In this document: positions 1-9,121 of the stretch, one piece after another
Numbering within the stretch: position 1 is the first letter of the stretch
Layout: each line of letters begins with the position of its first letter
NCBI GenBank assembly: GCA_965203095.1
Contig: OZ241877.1
Coordinates: 1,344,001 to 1,408,000, forward strand
Origin: Bdellovibrionales bacterium
GTDB lineage: Bacteria > Bdellovibrionota > Bdellovibrionia > Bdellovibrionales > UBA1609
Direction of reading: 5' to 3'
DNA: 64,000 nucleotides
The notes under the pieces: generated by a model
What the model was told of the DNA's origin: nothing
What the model saw: the letters and a program-made list of their open reading frames with translations, nothing else
Database searches by the model: none
Program-made: the position numbers and the translations under genes

Positions 1-669
1 GATGTGCCGACCCGTCTCTACACTCCCAGTAAAAGAGATCATTTTAATAAAAGGATCAGCTATCAAAGCAGGTGTTTGAGAGCGAAGGCTTAGAAAAGTA
101 GTAAAAATGCCTTTAGGCCATCCACTTTCGTGAAAAATCCGCTCTATGGCCAAAGCACATCCGGTCACATTTTCTGAATGTTTTAAAAATACAGCATTTC
201 CAGCAAAAAGGGAGGGAACGGCAAAGCGAAACACTTGCCAAAAAGGAAAATTCCAGGGCATGATGCCCAAAGTCCCGCCTAAAGGGGCATAATGAACATA
301 GCTTTTTTTGTAGTGAAGGAACTCCTCTCTGGAGGATAAAAAGTGCCTTCCATGTTCTTTATAGTATCTACAGAGGAGAGCACATTTTTCAATCTCTCGG
401 ACGGATTGGTTTAAAGGTTTGCCCATTTCCCTGGTAATGATTTCAGAAAGGGCCTCTTTTTGTTGGAGGAGATGGGCGGATAGCTTTTCCAGCAAATCCT
501 CTCTTTTTGAAAAACCTTTTTGTCGCCAATCAGGCCAGATGGCCTCACTGCCTCGGATTTTTAAATCCAGCTCTTTGAGGCTCAGGGCGGGCCATTCATT
601 TATTTTCTCCCCTGTTGCTGGATTAATAGATTCCAGCTTGACATCAGTCTTTTTGTTGTGGTTTAACAT
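1..669 (-). CDS. NAD(P)-dependent aldehyde dehydrogenase (succinate-semialdehyde dehydrogenase-like), runs off the window start
   Basis: Manual minus-strand translation: MLNHNKKTDVKLESINPATGE...ITREMGKP...GIMPWNFPFWQVFRF...AGNAVFLKHSE...SFTGS, which are ALDH motifs. Not in the ORF track because it is truncated. Confidence 0.9.
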   Translation of the reverse strand, partial: MLNHNKKTDVKLESINPATGEKINEWPALSLKELDLKIRGSEAIWPDWRQKGFSKREDLLEKLSAHLLQQKEALSEIITREMGKPLNQSVREIEKCALLCRYYKEHGRHFLSSREEFLHYKKSYVHYAPLGGTLGIMPWNFPFWQVFRFAVPSLFAGNAVFLKHSENVTGCALAIERIFHESGWPKGIFTTFLSLRSQTPALIADPFIKMISFTGSVETGRHI

Positions 670-798
670 TATGAAAATTATAACTTCCTTAAAACGAATA
701 AGACAGGAATTTTTTAAAATGTTGCCTTTTTTCCACTATTTTTTAGAGCTTTTTTCGCTTATCTGACAAAATCAAGCCTATTTGAAAATCTATAAACT

Positions 799-2730
799 AT
801 GCGTTCAAAATCTTTAAATTTATTAAAAGGAACTGTCAAAAGGCATCCTGACGGTTTTGGCTTTCTCATTCCTGATGACAATAGCTTTCCTGATGTTTAC
901 ATTCCTTCCAGCCAGATGGGAACCGCTTTAACAAATGATCGGGTTCAAGTGGCTGTTCAAAAGAAGAAAAAAAAAGGAAGAAAATCTTGTGTCGGTTCCG
1001 TGCACTCTATTTTACATAGGAACAAAGAGTTTGCCATAGGGACTTGGACAAACAAAGACTCTCAGGGGCGGATCCAAAATCATAACTTAGGATTTAAAGA
1101 GGATATTTTCGTAAACAACAGCAAAGCCATTCCTGTTCGTGAAGGGGACTTTGTGAAAGCCAAAATTTTTTATCCGGATAAAGATTCTTTTTTAAAAGGG
1201 GAGCTTGTGGATAGTTTTGGCCTTGTCAGCTCATCGGCTAAAGATGATGTGAAAAGAACAATGGCAGAGTATGAAATCCCTTTTGACTTTCCTAAAGAGG
1301 CACTGCAAGAGGCAGAGGCTTTGCCAGACGAAGTCACAAAGGAGGATAGCCTCCATCGAGAAGATTTACGGGATAGGGCTTTTGTGACTATTGATGGGGC
1401 TACAGCTCAGGATTTTGATGATGCTATTTTTGTTCAAAAACATTCTCGTTTTTATCGCCTCTATGTGGCTATCGCTGATGTGAGCCATTATGTAAAGGAA
1501 GATTCTTTTTTGGACAAAGAGGCTTTTGAGAGGGGGAACAGCTCTTATTTCCCCAATTTTTGCTCCCCTATGTTGCCGGAAAAATTAAGCAATGATCTGT
1601 GTTCTCTTAAGCCTCATAAAGATCGGTTGGCTATGGTTCAAGAAATGGATTTTGATTTTAAGGGCCAGCGGATCAGGGAGAGGCTTTATCCCTCTGTTAT
1701 CCAGAGTCGCCAACGGCTTACTTATGGGCAGGTTCAAGATATTTTAGATGGCTTATCCCCGCGAGAAGGGGAATATGGGGAGTCTTTAAAAGTGAGTCAG
1801 GAGTTAGCAAACATTTTGATAGAAAGGCATATTCGGGAACAGGCTTTACATTTAGATATTCCTGAAACTTTAATTCTTGTGGATGGGCAGGGGGAAACTC
1901 AGGACATTGGGCGAGAGCAAAGGCTTTTCTCCCACATAATGATTGAGCAATTTATGCTTTCAGCCAATAAGGCCGTGGCTGGTTTTTTAAAAAAACATAA
2001 AATTCATTTATTGTATCGGATCCATGAGAAACCAGAGGAGGAAAAACTAAAAAGCCTGCAAAATTTTTCTAAAATTTTTGGTTATTCCGATTCTTTTAAG
2101 TCTCGCAAAAATTTGTTGCACTTTTTGGATAAGTATAGAGAGCACAGCCGGTTTGCCTTAATTCATAAACTGACTTTAAGGGCACTCCCACAGGCTCGAT
2201 ACAGTGTTTTTAATAAGGGACATTATGGCTTAAACTTTCCGTCTTATACTCATTTTACATCTCCTATCCGCCGTTATTGTGATCTGGTAATTCACCGGCA
2301 GGTCAAACAGGCCTTATCCAAAAACTTTAAATCCGGCCCTGTTTCTCAAAAAGCAATGGAAAAAATAGCTCAGTTTATCAGTCAAAAAGAGCAAAACTCT
2401 GTTAAAGCGGAAAGGCGGGTTCGGGACATTAAAACAGCTCGGTTTTTAAAAAAACATGTGGGGGAAAGTTTTTCTGGTTATGTGTCCTCTATTAGTTCTT
2501 TTGGTTTATTCGTGACATTAAAGCCTTTTTTTGTAGAGGCTCTTGTTCGGTTTCAAGATATTCGGGGTTTTTGGGAGACAGATGAGTTTTATCTCAGTGC
2601 GAGAAATAAAAAAACATCTTATCGTATTCAATTTGGCGATGAAGTTAAAGTTCTCATCACTGCCAGTAATGTTTTAACGGGAAAGGTGGATGGCAAGCTC
2701 TTGACCCACAAAAAACGGGCCTTGGACTAA
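799..2730 (+). CDS. rnr: Ribonuclease R (RNB family)
   Basis: N-terminal cold-shock domain HPDGFGF, catalytic TIDGATAQDFDDA, YTHFTSPIRRY, C-terminal S1 domain. Confidence 0.93.
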   Translation: MRSKSLNLLKGTVKRHPDGFGFLIPDDNSFPDVYIPSSQMGTALTNDRVQVAVQKKKKKGRKSCVGSVHSILHRNKEFAIGTWTNKDSQGRIQNHNLGFKEDIFVNNSKAIPVREGDFVKAKIFYPDKDSFLKGELVDSFGLVSSSAKDDVKRTMAEYEIPFDFPKEALQEAEALPDEVTKEDSLHREDLRDRAFVTIDGATAQDFDDAIFVQKHSRFYRLYVAIADVSHYVKEDSFLDKEAFERGNSSYFPNFCSPMLPEKLSNDLCSLKPHKDRLAMVQEMDFDFKGQRIRERLYPSVIQSRQRLTYGQVQDILDGLSPREGEYGESLKVSQELANILIERHIREQALHLDIPETLILVDGQGETQDIGREQRLFSHIMIEQFMLSANKAVAGFLKKHKIHLLYRIHEKPEEEKLKSLQNFSKIFGYSDSFKSRKNLLHFLDKYREHSRFALIHKLTLRALPQARYSVFNKGHYGLNFPSYTHFTSPIRRYCDLVIHRQVKQALSKNFKSGPVSQKAMEKIAQFISQKEQNSVKAERRVRDIKTARFLKKHVGESFSGYVSSISSFGLFVTLKPFFVEALVRFQDIRGFWETDEFYLSARNKKTSYRIQFGDEVKVLITASNVLTGKVDGKLLTHKKRALD

Positions 2731-2744
2731 ACCTTCGTGAAAAC

Positions 2745-2786
2745 AGTCATTCCTGTATGTGTTCGCTATTTCGCTGACAAAATTTA
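2745..2786 (+). repeat. 42-bp dispersed repeat, copy 1 (identical to 25387-25428)
   Basis: agtcattcctgtatgtgttcgctatttcgctgacaaaattta read at both loci. Confidence 0.9.
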
Positions 2787-3129
2787 GTTTATTTGAGAAC
2801 CTTTAGTAGGTCAAAAACTAAAAAAAGGAGGTGAAAAATGAGGGATAATACACAGGACAAGACGATACATAGGAATTAAAAAAAGCCCATGAGAAAACAG
2901 ACAACCTTTCAAAAGAATTAAACGAATTGAAATTCAGCTTAAAAGACAAAGCCAAAGAGCTTTTTAAAAGCTTTTAGGGAAAGAACTCTTGTTTTCACGA
3001 AGTCCAGCTGTTCTGGATTCCTGCTGTCACAGGAACAACGGTTCCCTGTTTTTGTTCAAAGTCTAAGGGGCTTTTTAAACAAGCCCATCTCTAAAGTGAC
3101 AAAACACAGACAAACAAACTGAACAAAAA

Positions 3130-3309
3130 TCAAGAACCGTTTTTAAGCTTTTTGATCTCTCGAACAGGTAGGCCCGTCACCTTGGCAATGACAGCCAAAT
3201 CTACCTTTTCTCTCAACATATTCCGGATAACTTCCTCCCGTCCCTCTTGCCGACCTTCCTGTCGTCCTTCCCAGCGACCTTCCAACCGAATTTCCTCTTT
3301 TATATCCAT
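3130..3309 (-). CDS. Rpn-family C-terminal small protein (RpnS-like, 59 aa), preceded by a short Rpn remnant
   Basis: MDIKEEIRLEGRWEGRQEGRQEGREEVIRNMLREKVDLAVIAKVTGL with EGxxEG repeats and helical tail; SD AAAGGAGG lies inside the in-frame KKGGY codons. Confidence 0.7.
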   Translation of the reverse strand: MDIKEEIRLEGRWEGRQEGRQEGREEVIRNMLREKVDLAVIAKVTGLPVREIKKLKNGS

Positions 3310-3573
3310 ATAGCCTCCTTTCTTTAATAGAGCCTTCTCAATAGCTTCTTTCTCCAACTTATCCCACAACTCAAAACTCAGCCAAAAAAATAGTATAAAG
3401 TGCTTTTTGTGGAAAAGCAAGCTATGGCTTAAAGAAATTGAAGAATAATGCAATGCTTTTTAACAAGGCTTTTCACAGGCGATTTAGTAGTAGAGAGAGT
3501 CGTTGTCCCCGTGAAAAATCTCTTTTTTGCCTAAAAAAAAGTTGGCTGATATCGAGCAGTTTCAAAAAAAAGC

Positions 3574-3601
3574 TTGACTTTCCCTGCTAATGTCCTATAG
3601 T
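3574..3601 (+). promoter_or_regulatory. sigma70-like promoter for the 57-aa ORF
   Basis: TTGACT-16 bp-TATAGT. Confidence 0.5.
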
Positions 3602-3637
3602 GGATGAGGATAAACCACTAAACCATAAGGAGTTAAT

Positions 3638-3811
3638 ATGGCTTTATTTTCTTTTTTAGAGTCTTTTGTTTCCAGTGGCAATGTTATGCTTTTAGTTGGA
3701 GTTGTTTTTTTAGTTTCAATGTATAAAGACATTGCTTACATTAAGAAGGATATAGCTAAGCTTGAGTCTGGACAAAAAGAGCTTAAAGATATTTTGCTCA
3801 AAAAAGCTTGA
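3638..3811 (+). CDS. Small membrane protein with coiled-coil tail (57 aa)
   Basis: SD AAGGAG then ATG; MALFSFLESFVSSGNVMLLVGVVFLVSMYKDIAYIKKDIAKLESGQKELKDILLKKA; below the ORF-track cutoff. Confidence 0.7.
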   Translation: MALFSFLESFVSSGNVMLLVGVVFLVSMYKDIAYIKKDIAKLESGQKELKDILLKKA

Positions 3812-3836
3812 CATTGTTTTTTGGTTGTTTTAAAAT
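3808..3836 (+). promoter_or_regulatory. Near-consensus sigma70 promoter
   Basis: TTGACA-17 bp-TAAAAT. Confidence 0.65.
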
Positions 3837-4376
3837 AGCTTCATAAAGAAAACTGAAGACGGTAGTTTAGATCTTCCCTGAAGGTCTTTTTTTATGCTTT
3901 CCCGGTGGCCACATTTACGGTTCTTTTTTTCTCTTTAGTTTCCCGCCCCATCAGCCGATAAGATAGATGTCTTAAACTGTGTATTCATTGCTCATACCCG
4001 TCTTGTTCCGGGCTGTTTGCTTAAACTGGCCTAAGTATTAAGTCGGGGATAATCTTACAAAATAGGGCTATTCTATGGTTGTTTTAAAATAACAATGCCA
4101 GAATGCTCAGACGAAAACGATCCCTCACTTCAAAACTTATCCGGAGTGACGGTTGTTATTGATTGCTGACTGTGTGGCCACGCTTTTGGACAAGATTTAT
4201 GGGGAGAACCCTCAGTTTCACGAGAGCTGGTTATTTTGGATTCCCGCTTTCGTGGGAACTAAAAAGTCCTCCAGATTTTTTCCACTGGACTTTTTCACTA
4301 AGGACTGTTATAGTTTGGAGAGCAAAAGTTCAAGAGACTGATGTTCTCAATTTTTGCGAAACTAAAGTTGGTAATA

Positions 4377-4452
4377 GGGGGCGTAGCTCAGCTGGGAGAG
4401 CACCTGATTTGCATTCAGAAGGTCGCAGGTTCGATCCCTGTCGCCTCCACCA
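4377..4452 (+). tRNA. tRNA-Ala(TGC)
   Basis: GGGGGCG/CGCCTCC acceptor stem with G3:U70, TGC anticodon, GGTTCGATCC T-arm, encoded CCA; candidate promoter TGGACT-17-TATAGT near 4286-4314. Confidence 0.97.
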
Positions 4453-4459
4453 TTATATT

Positions 4460-5080
4460 TTACAACTGCTTTAAAAAAATCAGTAAAGGTTCTAATTTTT
4501 CTGAATCCAAATCCCAATAATCTTTTTCAGCCGCTACTCCTAATGAGGGAGTATCCTCTTCCATAGCTGAGAGAAAAGCCCTACACCGTGCTTTATAGGT
4601 ATTTTTTGGAAAATTATAATTGCTATTATTTGAATTTTGTTTTATGCAATCTATAAAAGAATCAATACATTTAATCATATCCTTTGACTTCACAGTGGAT
4701 AAACATAAAGATTCCAAATTCCCTTTACTTTTCCCATCAGGGACAATAAATACTCCCACTTTAGGAGAACTCAAAACAAATCCTCCCATTTTATCAGGAC
4801 TTTTCATATCATTATTTTTCAATACTGATTGTATACTTTGAAATGCTTGTTCCGCAGACTCATCCGCATCCTGAATTACAGCTAATGATCTTACTTTGTC
4901 AAAACCCGGAGTTATCTTTATAACTGGAAACTGGTTTTTAAATCGCTGTTTTCCACCACTGGATATAATTTGAATGCCATCAATTTGTTTTCTTTTTAAC
5001 AAGATTTTAAAAAAAACCTCTTCATCTTTACCTTCTACAAGCAACAGTTTTTGACTTTTAATTTCTTTAGAATCTTTCAT
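4460..5080 (-). CDS. TOPRIM-fold protein (DUF3226/DUF4435-like), putative nuclease effector
   Basis: LLLVEGKDE and IQDAD TOPRIM motifs; 15 bp downstream of the ABC ATPase. Confidence 0.75.
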   Translation of the reverse strand: MKDSKEIKSQKLLLVEGKDEEVFFKILLKRKQIDGIQIISSGGKQRFKNQFPVIKITPGFDKVRSLAVIQDADESAEQAFQSIQSVLKNNDMKSPDKMGGFVLSSPKVGVFIVPDGKSKGNLESLCLSTVKSKDMIKCIDSFIDCIKQNSNNSNYNFPKNTYKARCRAFLSAMEEDTPSLGVAAEKDYWDLDSEKLEPLLIFLKQL

Positions 5081-5095
5081 TTAAACAAATTGTAT

Positions 5096-6145
5096 TTAAC
5101 GGATTTCCAATTCAGCAGATAAAGCCATTTTTAAATCCTCAAAATTATAATTTTTGGTTTTAAATTCGTCTTTTTCTCTCTCTATCCGCATATATCTAAA
5201 ATCATCTCTAAAGTTTTCGGGTATGCCTTTAACAGCACTGGAGGTAAGCTCTAAGCTGTGAGTAGTAGCTATAATTTGTGTCTCATTGGCTTGGGCATAA
5301 CTGGTAATGGCTTTCCATATACGGGGCAAAACAGAATGATGAAATCCATTTTCCAACTCATCTATCAAAACAATATTTACTTCAGAGATTGCTAAAAGAA
5401 TACTTGCAAGACGTGCCATACCTTGCCCCATTAAAGCTAAAGGGATTTTTGCTCCCATACCAGTATCTCCATAAATAATGGGTTTCCCCCCCATAGGGAT
5501 CAAACTCAAAGATCGAAGTTCAGGCTCTAAAACCCGGAGTCCATTTAAAATCTCTTCGGTTTTATTTACTCTATCCAATTCCCCATATTTTCTGGCATTC
5601 TCATCGGGAAGGCCAGGGTGAGTTCCAGCTAAAAAACAGGCTCTCACCCTTTCATTATATTTTAATAAAAACTGTGTGTTGGTTAGGGCCATCCCATTGG
5701 TTTCAAGTTTTAAAAAAGCTTTTTGCTTGCCTGTTCCATAAGAGATCTCCACTTTACCAAGTTCACTATCTAATTTTTCCTTAAGTTCAATATTTTTACC
5801 GCTGACCTCAAAAGGTTGGTCAATTAAGGGGAGAAATTTATAACTCAATTTCTTTTTAGAAGAACGGATAAAATATTCAAAAACTATCGGTTCCTCTAAA
5901 TTAAAATTATGAAATGCGGGGGCAAATAAAGATTCCGCATTATTATTAAAACTCCTCAAACCTCTCCAACTAAGATGTTTCATAAACATAGTCGGATCCC
6001 CACAGTCTAAAGACATAAATAAAGATTCCAGAACACTTGTTTTCCCGCAGTTGTTTTTTCCGCCAATAAGAACAATGCCCGGCAGATCCTCAAGTGAAAA
6101 AGATTTAAAAAGCTTATAATTTTGAATTTTTATACTTTTTATCAT
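5096..6145 (-). CDS. ABC-type ATPase (AAA_15/AAA_21-like) of a putative defence pair
   Basis: Walker A GKNNCGKT, signature-like MGQG, Walker B VLIDELENGFH, H-loop ATTHS. Confidence 0.85.
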   Translation of the reverse strand: MIKSIKIQNYKLFKSFSLEDLPGIVLIGGKNNCGKTSVLESLFMSLDCGDPTMFMKHLSWRGLRSFNNNAESLFAPAFHNFNLEEPIVFEYFIRSSKKKLSYKFLPLIDQPFEVSGKNIELKEKLDSELGKVEISYGTGKQKAFLKLETNGMALTNTQFLLKYNERVRACFLAGTHPGLPDENARKYGELDRVNKTEEILNGLRVLEPELRSLSLIPMGGKPIIYGDTGMGAKIPLALMGQGMARLASILLAISEVNIVLIDELENGFHHSVLPRIWKAITSYAQANETQIIATTHSLELTSSAVKGIPENFRDDFRYMRIEREKDEFKTKNYNFEDLKMALSAELEIR

Positions 6146-6193
6146 CAGAAACTCCTTTTTTTAGGAAACCAGCATAAATATCGGCACAATAAC

Positions 6194-6252
6194 TTGAAAA
6201 TCAAGCGATATATTCATAAAATACATATTTTTTATGTTGTTTTATGAATATA
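6194..6252 (+). promoter_or_regulatory. Promoter overlapped by a 13-bp inverted repeat (putative AbiEi operator)
   Basis: TTGAAA-17-TAAAAT (6194-6222); TATATTCATAAAA (6209-6221) / TTTTATGAATATA (6240-6252). Confidence 0.6.
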
Positions 6253-6291
6253 GCTGTGTTAAAATACATAGAATACATAATTTAACCTGTT

Positions 6292-6897
6292 TTGGAGGCC
6301 ATTTTGAAAGCCAATCATCCTTTATTAAAAATAGCTCAAGCTCAGTCGGGCCTTTTTACCAGCCACCAAGCCATAGGAGCTGGCATCGATTCAAGAAACC
6401 ACTCTTATCACTTAAAGGTAGGAAATTGGTCAAAGGTAGGCAAAGGCATATATCATCTTAATTTTATCCCAGCTGATTCAAAAAGAGATTTTTTTCTCTT
6501 CCAGCTTTGGGCCAGAAACCGCAAAGGGGAACAAGTAGGAGTTTTCTCTTATGAAACTGCACTTTATTTAATGGATTTAAGAATGGATTATCCAAAAAAA
6601 ATTCATATTACTGTTCCGCATTATTTTCGTCGTAATGTTCCAAGGGATCAGATCATTTTACATTATGAAGATTTAAATATTTCAGAAAAAACAAATATCA
6701 ATAATTTATATATAACTTCTGCAAAAAAAACATTTCAAGATTTAATTTCATATAGCACTTATCGCCCGGAGTGGATAAAACAAAAATTGAAGATGGCTAT
6801 TGACAAACAAATAATCTCCTTAGAAGAAGTAAAAAAGATTTCTGTCCATAAAGAGGTTAAACCAATATTCAATGCCATTTTATTTGAAATCATTTGA
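6292..6897 (+). CDS. AbiEi-like type IV TA antitoxin / transcriptional regulator
   Basis: IAQAQSGLFTSHQAIGAGI...KVGKGIY winged HTH; VFSYETAL, IHITVP, ITSAKKTFQDL C-terminal motifs. Confidence 0.75.
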   Translation: MEAILKANHPLLKIAQAQSGLFTSHQAIGAGIDSRNHSYHLKVGNWSKVGKGIYHLNFIPADSKRDFFLFQLWARNRKGEQVGVFSYETALYLMDLRMDYPKKIHITVPHYFRRNVPRDQIILHYEDLNISEKTNINNLYITSAKKTFQDLISYSTYRPEWIKQKLKMAIDKQIISLEEVKKISVHKEVKPIFNAILFEII

Positions 6898-6951
6898 TTA
6901 ATCGCCCATGAAAAAGCAAGATTTTTCTATTCAGCTTGGCTATCGCGAACA
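6868..6951 (+). repeat. 84-bp target-site duplication, left copy
   Basis: Identical to 8885-8968; abuts the IS inverted repeat. Confidence 0.92.
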
Positions 6952-8884
6952 CCCGACTTCCGCATTTTGTGATCAGGAATCCAGTATTATCAAGGGTTTG
7001 CGGGGAGGCTTGGGTCACTACATTCAAGACTTTAGTTTGTGATATTAGGACATAAATTTAATAGTTCGTGGGAAGGTTTTGTTAAAGGCTTTGTAGATAT
7101 TCTTTTGTGTTTTGTTGATTGTAGAAGGTAGGAAGAATTTCTTTCCTGTGGATGTGTCCTCTATATAACTGATTTGGACAAGACTTAATTCTTGTTTAAT
7201 GACTTCAAAACTAAGGTTTATATTTTTAGATTTCAAAACATGCCTCACAAAAACCGTCAGACCATAAGCTATAAAACATATTAACACATGAGCCTTTATC
7301 CTTCTCGGTGTCCAATGATAGATAGGTCTCATCTTCAAATCATGTTTGTTCATACGAAAAGCAGATTCTATTTGCCAAAGATTTTTGTATTTTTCCAATA
7401 TGTTATGGGCCGTCTCTTTTTTGTTGTTTACAGCTACAGCACTAAATCCGTCCCATAAACGCTCCGCTTGTATCTTGTCTTCATTTAAAACAGCCCAACC
7501 CTTCTGTTTTAACTCCAAATACTTCTTAAGTCCGGTGTTTTTAACCAAATCCTTCACACGAACTCGACCACCTTTCATCTTTTCTTTTATCTTGGCCAAA
7601 AGCTTCTCCCTATCCCTTCTGTCTTTATCTGCTCTTTCCCGATCATAACGGACAATGAGACGAAAACCCTCCCACTCATATTCCCCCGTCCAGCTCCGAA
7701 CCTTTCTAAAATCCCCTCTTTTAGAAAAAGCAGGAGCTTCCGACAACACCCTATCCTTCAAAGACTTCTTCATTGACTTCAGCCGGGCCCCAGCTATAAA
7801 CTGAACCTTCCTTTTATCCATCTCAAAAAGATTTTTCTTGGAAAACATCCCACGATCAGCAACTAAAAACACATCCCGAATATCATAACTCTTTGATATA
7901 TTATCTATCGTCTGGAGCAAAGTATTGCCCTCAAAAGTATTACCAGAAAAAAGCTCATAACCTATAGGCAAACCCCCTTTAGTCGTCATCAAAGACAAAA
8001 CAACCTGTGTCTCTTTGATCTTATTGTCCTTGCTAAAACCACAACTCCTCAAATTATCCTCGATAAAACTCTCAAAATACAATGTCGTCACATCAAAAAA
8101 CACAACATCAATACGCTCTTTAAACAAACTCAATGTCCTCTCGGTTAGCTTGCCTTTTAAAACCTCACTATTCTTATAAACCTTGTCCATCATCCGATAA
8201 ACACGATCCAAAGGTATGGACTGAACACCAGCAGACCTTCTGCTTATGTCCAAAACACTACCCCGCTTACTCATCGGACTTTTTAAACGATGCAAAACCA
8301 TTTCCTTCAATAGTTGGCTGGCCTCTCTATGCTTATATCCCTCATTAAAACAAGACGATAAACCCAGGTCATCGTAAACCTTGCCAAATATGTCTGAAAT
8401 CCCCACAACTTGACGACTCTCCTCTTTCAGACTTGGTGCATGAACCATATCCCCAGGATAAAAATCCCTCTTCTTCTCTCTCGTAGAGTCCCCCTTGGAA
8501 TCCCTCTTAGAATCCTCCTCAAAAAGCGAGAACTGATCTTTTCCTTTGAGGTCCTGAATGACTTTTCTGCCGATCTTGTAAAATAAAGCAATTTTCTCTT
8601 TATCGTTTTGATGGCAATGTCCTACACAGCCAATAGTCTCTTGTCTGACTTTTTTGCCTTCTCTACGGCTTCTGACCACACGGATGGAAACATGGCCATT
8701 GGCTTTTTTAACTTCACGAATAAACATACTGGCAGAATAAGAGAAGACAGAAGGCTTGTCAAGTAGATAAATTAAAAATATTGCTTTATTTTTATCAAGG
8801 GCCACTACACCCCAACACAACAATAAAAAGCCCATAAACTGGGCCTTTTAAACCCTTACAACTCTACAAAATGCGGAAGTCGGG
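6952..8884 (-). mobile_element. IS1634-family insertion sequence (1933 bp)
   Basis: 19-bp perfect terminal IRs cccgacttccgcattttgt (6952-6970) / acaaaatgcggaagtcggg (8866-8884), a single transposase, long direct repeats. Confidence 0.92.
7045..8724 (-). CDS. IS1634-family DDE transposase (likely start MFIREVKK; the ORF track extends it to 8835)
   Basis: FFDVTTLYFE, GFSKD, GNTFE, VADRGM, LWQIESAFRMNKHDLKMRPIYHW...IKAHVLICFIAY. Confidence 0.92.
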   Translation of the reverse strand, partial: FIREVKKANGHVSIRVVRSRREGKKVRQETIGCVGHCHQNDKEKIALFYKIGRKVIQDLKGKDQFSLFEEDSKRDSKGDSTREKKRDFYPGDMVHAPSLKEESRQVVGISDIFGKVYDDLGLSSCFNEGYKHREASQLLKEMVLHRLKSPMSKRGSVLDISRRSAGVQSIPLDRVYRMMDKVYKNSEVLKGKLTERTLSLFKERIDVVFFDVTTLYFESFIEDNLRSCGFSKDNKIKETQVVLSLMTTKGGLPIGYELFSGNTFEGNTLLQTIDNISKSYDIRDVFLVADRGMFSKKNLFEMDKRKVQFIAGARLKSMKKSLKDRVLSEAPAFSKRGDFRKVRSWTGEYEWEGFRLIVRYDRERADKDRRDREKLLAKIKEKMKGGRVRVKDLVKNTGLKKYLELKQKGWAVLNEDKIQAERLWDGFSAVAVNNKKETAHNILEKYKNLWQIESAFRMNKHDLKMRPIYHWTPRRIKAHVLICFIAYGLTVFVRHVLKSKNINLSFEVIKQELSLVQISYIEDTSTGKKFFLPSTINKTQKNIYKAFNKTFPRTIKFMS

Positions 8885-8968
8885 TTCAATGCCATTTTAT
8901 TTGAAATCATTTGATTAATCGCCCATGAAAAAGCAAGATTTTTCTATTCAGCTTGGCTATCGCGAACA
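8885..8968 (+). repeat. 84-bp target-site duplication, right copy
   Basis: Identical to 6868-6951. Confidence 0.92.
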
Positions 8969-9121
8969 CATACAATTCCCGCCGAGCTTGCTAAAAAGGC
9001 CAATCTTCAGAAGAAGGCCCCTTTATGAACCCTACACCAAAGTCTTTAACATTGTTCCAAAGGGTAGGATCCTTTGGTTTCATGCGAAAAGACACTCTTC
9101 AAAGATCAAAAACATTAAACT

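Noticed and set aside
419..766. 115-aa plus-strand ORF
   Set aside because: Antisense shadow of the aldehyde dehydrogenase gene
2826..2977. Strong SD (AAGGAGGTGA) with a 13-codon ORF and an out-of-frame helical continuation
   Set aside because: Possibly a frameshifted small gene, but too short to support
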